Counted from the stretch's first letter, positions 41,061 to 51,559 are shown. The stretch is DNA of 64,000 nt from an uncultured Bacteroidales bacterium (GCA_964407835.1 CAYOXB010000001.1:45174-109173); one strand, 5' to 3'. Numbers and translations are program-made. Notes: generated from the sequence alone by a model not told the origin.

Positions 41061-41671
41061 ATAAGATTTTCAATTTTATTTAAAATTATATCAATAACAA
41101 CTTCATTTTGTCCACCTTCTGGGATTATTAAATCTGCATATTTTTTGGAAGGTTCAACGAATTGATTATGCATAGGTCTAACTGTATTTAAATATTGGTC
41201 AATAACATTATCAAGTGTTCTTCCTCTATATTTAATATCTCTAGTAACTCTTCTTATAAATCTAATATCATCAGGAGTTTGAACATATAATTTTATGTCA
41301 AACATCTCGCAAAGTTCTGGAACTGCAAATAACATTATCCCTTCTATAATAATTACATTTGCAGGTTTTATTTTTTCTATTTCCTCACTTCTGTTGAATT
41401 TCACAAAATCATAGATAGGTTTGGGTATTTCTATGCCTGCTTTTAGGAGTTTTATATGTTCAATCAGAAGATCGAAATCATAGGCATTTGGGTGATCAAA
41501 GTTTAGTTTAATTCTTTCTTCAAAACTTAAATCATCATAATGCTTATAGTAGTCATCAAGCCTAATCATTGTAACACTAGAGTATTTTGATGATGCGTTA
41601 TAAACATTTTGGGCAAGTGTTGTTTTGCCACTTGCAGACCCACCTGCAATACCTATTGTAGTTACTTTCAT
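41051..41671 (-). CDS. udk: Uridine kinase
   Basis: 'IGIAGGSASGKTT' and 'IIIEGI'. Confidence 0.9.
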   Translation of the reverse strand: MKVTTIGIAGGSASGKTTLAQNVYNASSKYSSVTMIRLDDYYKHYDDLSFEERIKLNFDHPNAYDFDLLIEHIKLLKAGIEIPKPIYDFVKFNRSEEIEKIKPANVIIIEGIMLFAVPELCEMFDIKLYVQTPDDIRFIRRVTRDIKYRGRTLDNVIDQYLNTVRPMHNQFVEPSKKYADLIIPEGGQNEVVIDIILNKIENLITK

Positions 41672-42948
41672 TTGACCTCCTGCTTATTGTTATTTGTTTT
41701 TTTAAAAGCATTAAATGAAGATATTAAATAATTTGGAACCTTAGCTTCTATGTAGAAGTTATTTTCATTTTGGCTAAATTTTTTGATTATTGCATTTTCT
41801 TGTAATATATTTAGTAGCCTTTGTTCTTGGAAAGGAAGCTCTAAAACCATATTAGAATAGCTTGCAAAGATTTCTTTTTCTATTTCCTCGATTAAACTAT
41901 CTATATTAAGATTTTGAGTTGCTGAGATTCTAATTGCGTTTTTATATTGCGGTGGAATATAAAAGTAATCTGTATGCAAATCAATTTTATTAAAAGCATA
42001 GAGTATAGGAATATCTTTAATTCCTATTTCTTCTAAAACTTTATTGGTTGTTTCTATTTGATTTTCAAATAGATTGTTTGATGAATCAACTACATGAATA
42101 ATTAAATCTGATTCTTTTATTTCTTCTAGTGTTGATTTGAAAGCTTCTATTAATTGATGTGGTAGCTTACTTACAAAACCTACTGTATCTGTAACTAAGA
42201 AGTTAATGTTTTCCTTTGTTTTAATTGCTCTTGTTGCGGTTTCTAATGTTGCAAACAACATATCTTCTTGATAAACTTCCTTTTTAGGAAGTGTTGAATA
42301 TTGAAGTAGAGCATTAAGGAGGGATGATTTACCGGAGTTTGTATAACCTACAAGAGATACTATTTTCATTTCTTGTCTTTCTCTTTTAACTCTTTGCTGT
42401 TTTCTGAGTTTAGTAAGGTCTGCTAACTCTTTTTTGATAAAGCTTATTCTATTGTGAATATCCCTTCTTTCAAGTTCGAGTTTCATTTCTCCTTTACCAC
42501 GACCTCTTGCAAAGCCGCCTCCTGTACCTCGTTGCCTGGATAAGTAGCTACGAGAACCAATTAATCTAGGTAGTTGGTATTGTTGGAAGGCAAGATCAAC
42601 TTGTAGTATTGCTTCTTTTGTTTGAGCTCTACGTTTAAAGATTTCTAAGATGATAAAAGTTCTGTCAAAAACATCACAGTCTAGGCTTGTTTCTAGATTG
42701 TTAATTTGTAAAGGACTTAATTCATCATTAGTTATTATTAGCTTTACTTCATGATTATTAAGAGCAATTTCTATTTCTTCTAGTTTTCCTTTTCCAACAT
42801 AAGTTCTTGAATTGATGCTAGTTAAATTTTGAACTACTTGATCAACTATTTCAATTCCACAAGCTTCTGATAAACTAATGAGTTCGGAAATTTCTTCATC
42901 TATTAAATTGTTATTAGCATTGACTGCAACTATAATTGCTTTTTCCAT
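41668..42948 (-). CDS. hflX: GTPase HflX
   Basis: HflX N-domain plus G-domain 'VGYTNSGKSSL', 'DTVGF' and 'NKID'. Confidence 0.9.
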   Translation of the reverse strand: MEKAIIVAVNANNNLIDEEISELISLSEACGIEIVDQVVQNLTSINSRTYVGKGKLEEIEIALNNHEVKLIITNDELSPLQINNLETSLDCDVFDRTFIILEIFKRRAQTKEAILQVDLAFQQYQLPRLIGSRSYLSRQRGTGGGFARGRGKGEMKLELERRDIHNRISFIKKELADLTKLRKQQRVKRERQEMKIVSLVGYTNSGKSSLLNALLQYSTLPKKEVYQEDMLFATLETATRAIKTKENINFLVTDTVGFVSKLPHQLIEAFKSTLEEIKESDLIIHVVDSSNNLFENQIETTNKVLEEIGIKDIPILYAFNKIDLHTDYFYIPPQYKNAIRISATQNLNIDSLIEEIEKEIFASYSNMVLELPFQEQRLLNILQENAIIKKFSQNENNFYIEAKVPNYLISSFNAFKKTNNNKQEVK

Positions 42949-43015
42949 ATGAATTCCTTTCTCAATGTTTTAATTATAACATGTTTTATCTATAAATGAT
43001 AATAGAAAATGGTAG

Positions 43016-44416
43016 TTAATTCATAACTACCATATCTTCTAGTTCAGCTTCTCTATTTAGAAAAGCTTGGGGTACAATTTTAAATAATAGTAAGGCAAAT
43101 ATTACAGTAACAATTATTTCTGCAATTGGAAAAGCATACCAAATTAAGTCAAGTCCACCAATAGAGCCTAAGATATAAGCTAGTGGAACAAGAAGAAGTG
43201 CTTGCCTAGAAGCAGACATTATTAATGCGGAAAAGCCTCTACCAAGTGATTGATATGATACTGTGGTAATTATGGCTATTCCTGCTGGGATAAAAGCATA
43301 ACTTATTTTTTTAATAGCACCAGTGCCTATAGTTAAAAGATCATCGCTTGGCGTAAATAGGCCGAGTAAGGTTTCAGGGAAAAATTGGAATATTAGAAAT
43401 CCTAAAGTCATTATAATTACAGCAGTAATAAATAAGATTTTTTGTGCTTTTAAATACCGTTCTTTGATATTTGCTCCATAATTATAAGACATTATCGGTA
43501 GCCCGCCTTGGTTTAGTCCAAAGACAGGCATAAAGACAAAGCTTTGTAATTTGGAGTAAGAGACTAGTACTCCGTTGGCTACTTCAGTTGGGTCATAGAT
43601 TTTAAGTATTCTATTTAAGAATATATTGGTTAGTGAACCAATAACATTCATTACCATAGAAGGTAGTCCTATTTTGAATATTTGGGAAATATAAGTTGCT
43701 TTTATTTTAAAGTTTTTAAATCCAAACTTGATTTCTGATTTAGTTACAATAATTGTAATGAGTACAAATAAGAAAGCTAGTACTTGGCCAATGATTGAGG
43801 CGTATGCAGCTCCAGCAACTCCCATTGCGGGAATACCAAGACCGCCAAATATAAATAAAGGGTCTAGAATTATGTTAGATATTGCGCCAATTAATTGCGC
43901 AAACATTGGGATTAACATTCGTCCCATTCCTTGGAGAATTTTTGATAAGACCATTTCCATTATTGAAAATGATGAAAGCATAACAATAATTCTAAGGTAG
44001 GTAGTTCCGTGCTTTATTATTTCGGGATTATCCGACATAAAGTTCATGAAAGGTTCTACTATAATAAAACTTAAAATAAAGAACAATACAGCACCTATAA
44101 AAGCAAGTAAGATACCAGTTTTAGCCATATTAGAAGCTTCATTTAAATTTCTTTCCCCAAGTTTTTTAGCAACTATAACATTAGTTCCTATACCTATTCC
44201 TAGAGAAAATGCTAGGATTAGCATTTGGATTGGGAAGGCATAACCGAGTGCTGTTATATAATTATCGGTTGCAAGATCAATCTTTGCAACATAAAATGTA
44301 TCAACAATATTATAAAGTGCTTGGATAAACATTGAAAATATTGCAGGTAGACTCATTGTTGCAATTAAATGACCTATTGGTTTTGTTCTCATTTTTAAAC
44401 TATGTTCTTGGTTCAT
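43016..44416 (-). CDS. MATE family efflux transporter
   Basis: 12-TM MatE pattern with the 'GLG(I/N)G' signatures. Confidence 0.8.
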   Translation of the reverse strand: MNQEHSLKMRTKPIGHLIATMSLPAIFSMFIQALYNIVDTFYVAKIDLATDNYITALGYAFPIQMLILAFSLGIGIGTNVIVAKKLGERNLNEASNMAKTGILLAFIGAVLFFILSFIIVEPFMNFMSDNPEIIKHGTTYLRIIVMLSSFSIMEMVLSKILQGMGRMLIPMFAQLIGAISNIILDPLFIFGGLGIPAMGVAGAAYASIIGQVLAFLFVLITIIVTKSEIKFGFKNFKIKATYISQIFKIGLPSMVMNVIGSLTNIFLNRILKIYDPTEVANGVLVSYSKLQSFVFMPVFGLNQGGLPIMSYNYGANIKERYLKAQKILFITAVIIMTLGFLIFQFFPETLLGLFTPSDDLLTIGTGAIKKISYAFIPAGIAIITTVSYQSLGRGFSALIMSASRQALLLVPLAYILGSIGGLDLIWYAFPIAEIIVTVIFALLLFKIVPQAFLNREAELEDMVVMN

Positions 44417-44424
44417 ATCTTCAT

Positions 44425-44460
44425 CCTTTTAAAAATGCTCTTAAACTAAGAGCATTTATT
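44425..44460 (-). terminator. Terminator after the RNR gene
   Basis: aaatgctctta/aac/taagagcattt. Confidence 0.65.
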
Positions 44461-44461
44461 T

Positions 44462-46984
44462 TTAAACATCGCATTTTAGTTGGGCATTACAGTTCGTACA
44501 AGTATTACATCCGCCGATATCTTCTACAGTACCTTCGTTACAAATTGGGCATAAATCACCAATCTCAACACCTATGTTTTTATTTGCTTTTGTACGTTCT
44601 GGGTTTATTTCATCTTTTGCTTTAGCGATATTTTTTTCTTCAACTTTTATTCCGAAATCTTCAATACCTACTTGTTTTGGTAGGGAGTCATCTTTTTTAA
44701 GTGTTAATACTTGAGTGTCTCTACTACCATCAACATAAACTGTTCCACCTTTTGCATTTCCTTTATACAAACGCATATATAGACTTTCAACATCTTCAAC
44801 GGCATAGCCTCTTGGAGCGTTAACAGTTTTAGAAATAGATGAATCTATCCATCTTTGGATTATACACTGAACATCTGCATGTTCTTCAGCTGATAATTCC
44901 ATAGCTGAAACGAAAATTTCTGGTAATGTTTCTTCTGTATATTGTGGGTTTAGTTTTAAGTATTCTTCAACAATTGGAGCATTAACTTCCATAAATTTAC
45001 CTAAACGACCGCTTCTATAATACTTGAATGCAAAGTAAGGTTCTAGTCCTGTAGAAACTCCGACCATTGTTCCGGTTGAGCCAGTTGGCGCAATAGTAAG
45101 AAGATGTGAGTTTCTTATACCATGTTCAAGTATTTCATTTCTTAAATTTTCAGGCATTTGTTTCATATAGCCTGTTTCAATAAACTTTTGTCTAGAGCCA
45201 TATTGATCTAAGAATGGAAAACTTCCTTTTTCTTTTGCTAGTTCAACACTTGCTTTGTAAGCAGTAATTGCAAAGAATTCAAATAGTTTATTAGTGAACT
45301 TATTTGCTTCTTCACTGCCATAACGTAAATCATTATAAATTATTAAGTCATGAAGGCCCATAACTCCTAGTCCAATTCGTCTTTCACCTAGAGCTTGTTG
45401 TTCATTTTCTTCTAAGAAGTAATATGTTCTATCGATTACATTGTCTTGCATTCTTACAGCAGTAGTTATTGTTCTACCTAGTCTATCCCAATCAACTGAT
45501 TTAGTTTTGTGATTAACCATATTTGCGAGATTAACAGCAGCTAAGTTACAAACTGAATAAGCAGCTAATGGTTGTTCACCACATGGATTTGTGCTTACTA
45601 CTTTTTGTCCATATGCTTTTGCGTTTGTCATATCATTTGCATTGTCTAAGAAGAATATTCCTGGTTCTGCTGAATATGTAGCACAGATATTTATTAAGTT
45701 CCAAAGCTCACGAGCTCTCATAACTTTATGAGTTTTAATTTTGTAGCCTAAGCTTTCCCACTCTCTAACATCACCGATATCTTGCCATTTTTCATCATAT
45801 GCTGCCTTTTCCCCAGGATTGTAATTATCGATATCTGGATATCTTAATTCATAGTCTAGGTCATTTTCAACTGCATGCATAAAATCTCTAGTAATAGCAA
45901 CAGAGATATTAGCCCCACTTAAGAATTCAGGATTATTAACTGTGTAAGTCCCTTGGTTTTTAAGAATTTCAGTAGCTTTGTTAAGAGTAGATTTACTTAT
46001 AGTATTTGGTCTATTGTTTTCAAGTTCGATTATATTTTCATATATCTCAATATCTTCTGGAGATAATGGATTGAATTTCAATTTATTTTTAGCTTCTTGA
46101 ATAATATCTGGATCAGTTAGATTCATAATCAAGAATTGAAGGATTCTAGGGTTTTGCATTTTTGATATAATGAATTGAATTATATCAGGATGCCAATCAG
46201 CAAGCATTATCATTTGTGCTCCTCTTCTAGAACCTCCTTGTTCTACAAGATGAGTTAACTCTGATAAGTCATGAAGCCAAGAAACAGCGCCACTTGATTT
46301 ACCATTAACACCTTTTGCTAGAGCATTTTTAGGTCTTAGTGTTGAACCATTCGTTCCAACGCCCCCACCCCTTGACATTATTTCCATAACTTTTTGACGA
46401 TGAGAACTTATTCCACCCCTGGAGTCATGAATAAATGGCATAACAAAACAGTTGAAATATGTTACCTTTGTATTTGAACCAGCCCCGAATAGAACTCTTC
46501 CAGCTGGAACTAAGTTCATTTCATTTAGTTCATAATAAAAGTCATTAACAACATCAAGTGTTTCGCTAGTTCCTAGATTGTTTGCTACTCTATGACAAAT
46601 TTGCTCGTAATAGATTTCTAAAGGTTTATCGATTACCTTAATTTCTCTTACTACAATATTATTTTCATCGATATCTTCACACATTCCTTGGTATTCTAGT
46701 TCGACTTCAATATGAGCAGTTTCTTCATTTAGTTTTACAACTCTACCAATTCCTCTTGTTGGAAACTTAGGGTCTTCTTTAATAACTAGGATAACTAAGT
46801 CACCTACTCCTAGAGAAGCATGATTAATATCTTTTTGAGAATATCTGTCTAACATTACAAGTCTTGAAACGCCTTGGAATGTTTTGCTCATAGTTTCATC
46901 TATTAGAAATAGGTGTGGAAAGTGTTTTTGTATGTCGTTATTCAGTTTGTTAATTTGATCTTGTGAATAAATAAAATTTGCCAT
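44462..46984 (-). CDS. nrdJ: Adenosylcobalamin-dependent (class II) ribonucleotide reductase, NrdJ-like, with C-terminal zinc ribbon
   Basis: 'SVCNLAAVNL', thiyl-radical loop 'STNPCGEQPL', C-terminal 'CPICNEG...CNTCTNCNAQLKC'. No nrdB/nrdF is adjacent. Start chosen at 'MANFIYS' (RBS GAAGGAATGG); the upstream extension in the ORF track lacks an RBS. Confidence 0.8.
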   Translation of the reverse strand: MANFIYSQDQINKLNNDIQKHFPHLFLIDETMSKTFQGVSRLVMLDRYSQKDINHASLGVGDLVILVIKEDPKFPTRGIGRVVKLNEETAHIEVELEYQGMCEDIDENNIVVREIKVIDKPLEIYYEQICHRVANNLGTSETLDVVNDFYYELNEMNLVPAGRVLFGAGSNTKVTYFNCFVMPFIHDSRGGISSHRQKVMEIMSRGGGVGTNGSTLRPKNALAKGVNGKSSGAVSWLHDLSELTHLVEQGGSRRGAQMIMLADWHPDIIQFIISKMQNPRILQFLIMNLTDPDIIQEAKNKLKFNPLSPEDIEIYENIIELENNRPNTISKSTLNKATEILKNQGTYTVNNPEFLSGANISVAITRDFMHAVENDLDYELRYPDIDNYNPGEKAAYDEKWQDIGDVREWESLGYKIKTHKVMRARELWNLINICATYSAEPGIFFLDNANDMTNAKAYGQKVVSTNPCGEQPLAAYSVCNLAAVNLANMVNHKTKSVDWDRLGRTITTAVRMQDNVIDRTYYFLEENEQQALGERRIGLGVMGLHDLIIYNDLRYGSEEANKFTNKLFEFFAITAYKASVELAKEKGSFPFLDQYGSRQKFIETGYMKQMPENLRNEILEHGIRNSHLLTIAPTGSTGTMVGVSTGLEPYFAFKYYRSGRLGKFMEVNAPIVEEYLKLNPQYTEETLPEIFVSAMELSAEEHADVQCIIQRWIDSSISKTVNAPRGYAVEDVESLYMRLYKGNAKGGTVYVDGSRDTQVLTLKKDDSLPKQVGIEDFGIKVEEKNIAKAKDEINPERTKANKNIGVEIGDLCPICNEGTVEDIGGCNTCTNCNAQLKCDV

Positions 46985-47254
46985 ATGTACCATTCCTTCT
47001 ATAAAACTATTGAATATATTATAACATAAAAAGGCTGAATAAAAAAGCACAAAATATACAATTTTTTTTGTTTTTTTATTGCTAATTTAAAAAAAATATT
47101 CTTAGTTAATTGTTGATTAGGAAAAATTTAACAAGCAAAAACACAATAATAAAGGATTAAAATTATCTTGCATTTTTTAAAAAAATAATATTTGTTAAAT
47201 GGTGGTTCGTTTGGTATAATATAAATACCTATGGAAATAAAAAGGGTGAAAAAT

Positions 47255-50200
47255 ATGGTAAGAGCAGAATACAAAAAATTAAATATTTCTGTTAGAGAAA
47301 GTCATTTAATTGATATTTATTCCGATACTTCTAAATATTTAGAACTTGGAACCATTCATTTCGCTATTTTGAAAAAGTTATTAAAGTATGAACAAATTAA
47401 CTTTAAAGAAATAGCGTTTTTACCCATTCAAAATTTTGGTATAGGAAAAAGCACAATTAATAATGAAAATCTTAAATCTACTATGCCCTATTATTATTTC
47501 AATAATGTTAACCAAAAGAATAAACCTTATCAAGTTTTTTTAACTCATGGATTAATTAGGTATCGTGATTTACAAGATAAAGAAATATTCTCCCCACTGA
47601 TTTTAATACCTGTTGAAATTTTATTTGATGGTGATGAAGTATATATTCAAATGATTTCTGAACCGATTGAGAACAAACCTTTATTAGAGTATTTGGATCG
47701 TGCTAAGAAAATACTTATTCCCAGTGTAGATAAACTTGATACTCTTGGAAATATTGAAAAGTATTTTATGAATATTCTTAAATATAGTGAATTCAATTTC
47801 GAGTTTGAGAACTATATGACTTATGCATATGTCCAAAAACCAGAGATTATTATTAATCAAAATAAGTTTAATTTAAGTAGACAATATGATGACTTCTTAT
47901 ATGAAAATTTATTCAGTGAAGACCATATAGTATTTTATTCAAAAAAACATAATAGAAAACAAAGAAGAGCGCTGATGCAAGCTATTGAAGGCGAATCATT
48001 TGTTATTGCTGGTAGACTTGGAACTGGTAAAACAACAGTAATGAAAGACATTGCTGTGAATGCTATAAGTAGTGGCAAAAGAGTATTATATGTATCTAAT
48101 GTAGATAATACACTTAACGAAGTAAATGAATTTATGAAAGGAAAAGGACTTGGTTATTATGTTACTAATTTCACAAAACCTTTTTCCACATTTTTAAAAT
48201 CTGATGAACTTAAATTTGTTCAAGGAGATTTAACTAGAGCAAGTAATTTTGATAGTTTATTATCAAACTATAAATATATAAATGATTATCAACTAGCAAT
48301 GACAGGAAGAGTACTTGATCATCGCTTTATTGATGTAGTTAATGAACTTATAAACTTAAGTAGAGTCGATAAAGAAAAAATAGAAATAGATAATTTATCC
48401 GATATATACAAACACGAGTATTTAGAAATAGTCGACTCTGTAAAGACAATCCAACAATCTATTGGAAATTTTGATAATTTTAAAGACAGTATTTGGAAAG
48501 ACATTCCAATTATTAATGATATTAAATATCCTAATCAAGTAATGTTTTTGATTCACCAAGTTTATAATGGCTTTGATGAGTTAAAAAAATATAAAGATAG
48601 TTTAATTGAAAATTATAAGTTTGTGGAAATATCTAATTATGCTTTTATGAAAAACATAATTAATAATATAACGCAATTGCCTGTACAAGATGTTCCAAAG
48701 TCTTGGGCTGAACAAGATAATTATGAAAAAGCCAAAACTGAATATCATAATTTAAAGAATTTAATTTTCACATTACAAGAACTTGAATATGATCTTGATA
48801 TAAGGTTTGAGAATTTAGATAAGTTTGAAATTAAAAAAGAGCTAGAGATTTTATATGGTAGTTTCTTCACTAGCGATAATCTTGATAAAATTAATAAAAT
48901 TATAGATGATCGTTTAGAAATTGTTGTTACTTTGAATAAAATAACAATGCAAATCGATATTTTTAATAAAGCAATTCATAAAATTAAAAATGCAATAGAT
49001 TATAATTTTGAACTATCAAACGATGTGCTTAATGAAGTACTTGCAATGTCTCAAACATTATTAGATACAAAAGCAAATTCAAAATTTATTAAAGCAATTG
49101 TGAGAGGTGAATTTGAAAACACTTATAATATTGCAAATAAGTATTTTGATAAGTATAACGATATTAATAACCAAATAGAAAACTTATTTTTAGATCTGGA
49201 ACTTCCTAATATTGAAGAATTAGATATAAAGAATAAAATACAACTTATTATTGATTTTGAAAGAGGATTGAAATTAAAACGACCATATCGTCAAATTGTT
49301 TCAAAGTTAAAAGCAAAAGATATTGAAAACTATAAATCAGTATTAATTAATATTAAAAAATCTCAACAATTAGAAATTGAAAAAGAAGAAGTAGCTGATA
49401 AATTCATAGCACTTTTAGATTGTGAACTAAAAAAAGAATACTTAGATGATTTTAAAAATCTTTATGATTATGTAGAAAATATTGAAGATGCTCATATGAA
49501 GGCAAAGATTTTAAAATCCTTAAGAAGGATTTCTAATTTACATGAAAATCAAACTAAAAATTTCTCTAGAGTTTTAAGTTATTTTATTAAATCACATCAA
49601 AAGATAATAGAGATGTATAAAGAGTTATTGATCCATGAATTTGTCGATGAAAAAAATGAATTTGATGAGATATTAAAAGATATCTATTCAATCAATTCTT
49701 ATATTAAGAAATTGAATGAATCAAATGATACTTTATATTCAATGAAAAAAATAAGCCGTGATGAATATATCAAAGCTCAAGATTATTATTATCTAGATGA
49801 AACATATAATAAAATAGCGGAAGTTAAAGAGGAACTAAAGTTCAATAAAGAATTCCCATATTTGTTTGGTTCGATATATAAAAGACAGGCTACAGATTTA
49901 GCGTATCTTGCTAGAGTTATTCAAGCATATAGACTATATGTAAGTTCATTTGAATCGTATTCTTCTGCGGTGAATAGTTTAAATCCAGAAGTTTATTCAG
50001 GTATAACAAATGTATTAAATAAATCATCTGTTGCTATTGATGATTTAAACGAAGTGTTTAAGCAGTATTTTAAGATTTTCAAAAATTCTGTTTCACAACT
50101 ATACTATGGATTGTTTGATGATAATTTAAGTAATTTATTAATTCAAATGGAAAACAGAGAAGATTTAATTACATATTTGAAAATCACAGATAATTTACAA

Positions 50201-51559
50201 GTTCTTGAAAAATATCATTTATATAAACTCATTGAACATATAGTTAGTATGGAAAGAACAACAACACTATTAACTGATTTTAAATTTACATACTTTTCTA
50301 CATTGAATGATATATATCTAAAGGATAATCAATATTTAAGAGATTATAAAACATTTGAACTTGCTCTTAAAACTACAGTCGAAGTAGAAGAAGAGATTAT
50401 GAGAGCAATAGAAGAAAGAATAGTTAGAAAGATTATTAGACGTAGTGTAAATAAATACAATATGTTTGGGTTTAAACATTTAGATTATAATGCTTATCTT
50501 AAAAAAACAAATAGAATAAAGCACTTAGTTCTTACAAATACTCAAATCTTAAACAATTTTATTGACCCTAATTTATTTGACTTAATATTAATTGATGATG
50601 CCCATATATTCTCAGCTAGTGAGTATGTATATGCACTGGAAGGAAAACAAGTAATAGTTAGTGGTGAGTTGCAATTCCAAGAAGCAGCACTCAACAACTT
50701 GATTTCAAGAATAAGTATGGGTAAGAGTATAGAACTAAATTATAGATACGATATAATACCTAAAGGCTTTAAAGACTTCACACGAAGATTGAAAGCTCCA
50801 ATTTACAATCAATACTATGAAAACTATGGTGTTGAGATTATTGAAAAGGGTATTTATAAATATGTAGCTAATCTTTTTACAATTAATAAAAATTGTAGTG
50901 TTAACTTATTTATAGCTGATGCTGAAGTTCAAAGACAAGCATATGATAAAATAGCTAATTTCTTACTTACAAATAATTTTAAAGAAGAAGAAATTATTGA
51001 GATTTATAAAAGACAACTAAATATAGTTGATTTAAAAAAGGGTTATTTAATTAATGCTAATTATAATGTTTTGTTTATTCAAGATTATTATGAACTTGAT
51101 ACTGAGTATTTGGTTGTTAATATGATCGATAACCTTATCTTAACTAGAAAGAAATTAATCATTTATGATAATAAAGATTTTCTTTCCACAAAATCTAATG
51201 CAATATTCTTAACAGAACTCAATAAGATAATTAATTCAAGAGATGTATTTAAAAAGCCTGAACCTATAGGCACCATTGAAAAACTAATTAGTGCTCTTGA
51301 AGCTGAAGATATAACATGCTTTGCTTCTGAGCTTGGGACATTTATAATAAAAGTAGGTTATAGCTTATACGGTATTACTGTTTATTGGGATTCTAGAAAA
51401 ACAAATTATGATATATTAAATGAATTTAGAGATATTCATTCTCTAAAAGATCCTAGGATCAAGAAAAACATTATTGTCTGGTCAATGGAGTTGATTGAGA
51501 ACTTTGATGGTGTTATTCAAAGAATACTAAAAGAGGTAGCGCATGATTCGGGGAAGTAA
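47255..51559 (+). CDS. Giant Upf1-like SF1 helicase/NTPase (1434 aa from 'MVRAEY'; DUF4011-helicase-like architecture) with an insertion of about 850 aa between motifs I and II
   Basis: Q-motif/Walker A 'QRRALMQAIEGESFVIAGRLGTGKTT' (nt 48011-48037). Motif II/III-like 'LILIDDAHIFSASEYVYALEGKQVIVSGELQ' (nt 50582-). Motif IV-like 'LNYRYDII'. Motif VI-like 'ILTRKKLIIY'. RBS AAAGGGTG before ATG 47255. Confidence 0.6.
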   Translation: MVRAEYKKLNISVRESHLIDIYSDTSKYLELGTIHFAILKKLLKYEQINFKEIAFLPIQNFGIGKSTINNENLKSTMPYYYFNNVNQKNKPYQVFLTHGLIRYRDLQDKEIFSPLILIPVEILFDGDEVYIQMISEPIENKPLLEYLDRAKKILIPSVDKLDTLGNIEKYFMNILKYSEFNFEFENYMTYAYVQKPEIIINQNKFNLSRQYDDFLYENLFSEDHIVFYSKKHNRKQRRALMQAIEGESFVIAGRLGTGKTTVMKDIAVNAISSGKRVLYVSNVDNTLNEVNEFMKGKGLGYYVTNFTKPFSTFLKSDELKFVQGDLTRASNFDSLLSNYKYINDYQLAMTGRVLDHRFIDVVNELINLSRVDKEKIEIDNLSDIYKHEYLEIVDSVKTIQQSIGNFDNFKDSIWKDIPIINDIKYPNQVMFLIHQVYNGFDELKKYKDSLIENYKFVEISNYAFMKNIINNITQLPVQDVPKSWAEQDNYEKAKTEYHNLKNLIFTLQELEYDLDIRFENLDKFEIKKELEILYGSFFTSDNLDKINKIIDDRLEIVVTLNKITMQIDIFNKAIHKIKNAIDYNFELSNDVLNEVLAMSQTLLDTKANSKFIKAIVRGEFENTYNIANKYFDKYNDINNQIENLFLDLELPNIEELDIKNKIQLIIDFERGLKLKRPYRQIVSKLKAKDIENYKSVLINIKKSQQLEIEKEEVADKFIALLDCELKKEYLDDFKNLYDYVENIEDAHMKAKILKSLRRISNLHENQTKNFSRVLSYFIKSHQKIIEMYKELLIHEFVDEKNEFDEILKDIYSINSYIKKLNESNDTLYSMKKISRDEYIKAQDYYYLDETYNKIAEVKEELKFNKEFPYLFGSIYKRQATDLAYLARVIQAYRLYVSSFESYSSAVNSLNPEVYSGITNVLNKSSVAIDDLNEVFKQYFKIFKNSVSQLYYGLFDDNLSNLLIQMENREDLITYLKITDNLQVLEKYHLYKLIEHIVSMERTTTLLTDFKFTYFSTLNDIYLKDNQYLRDYKTFELALKTTVEVEEEIMRAIEERIVRKIIRRSVNKYNMFGFKHLDYNAYLKKTNRIKHLVLTNTQILNNFIDPNLFDLILIDDAHIFSASEYVYALEGKQVIVSGELQFQEAALNNLISRISMGKSIELNYRYDIIPKGFKDFTRRLKAPIYNQYYENYGVEIIEKGIYKYVANLFTINKNCSVNLFIADAEVQRQAYDKIANFLLTNNFKEEEIIEIYKRQLNIVDLKKGYLINANYNVLFIQDYYELDTEYLVVNMIDNLILTRKKLIIYDNKDFLSTKSNAIFLTELNKIINSRDVFKKPEPIGTIEKLISALEAEDITCFASELGTFIIKVGYSLYGITVYWDSRKTNYDILNEFRDIHSLKDPRIKKNIIVWSMELIENFDGVIQRILKEVAHDSGK

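Noticed and set aside
46985-47050. N-terminal extension 'MLFYSAFLCYNIFNSFIEGMVH' of the RNR ORF
   Set aside because: No RBS at the upstream ATG. 'MANFIYS' has a GAAGGA-type RBS, and the upstream stretch is low-complexity reading into the AT-rich promoter region.
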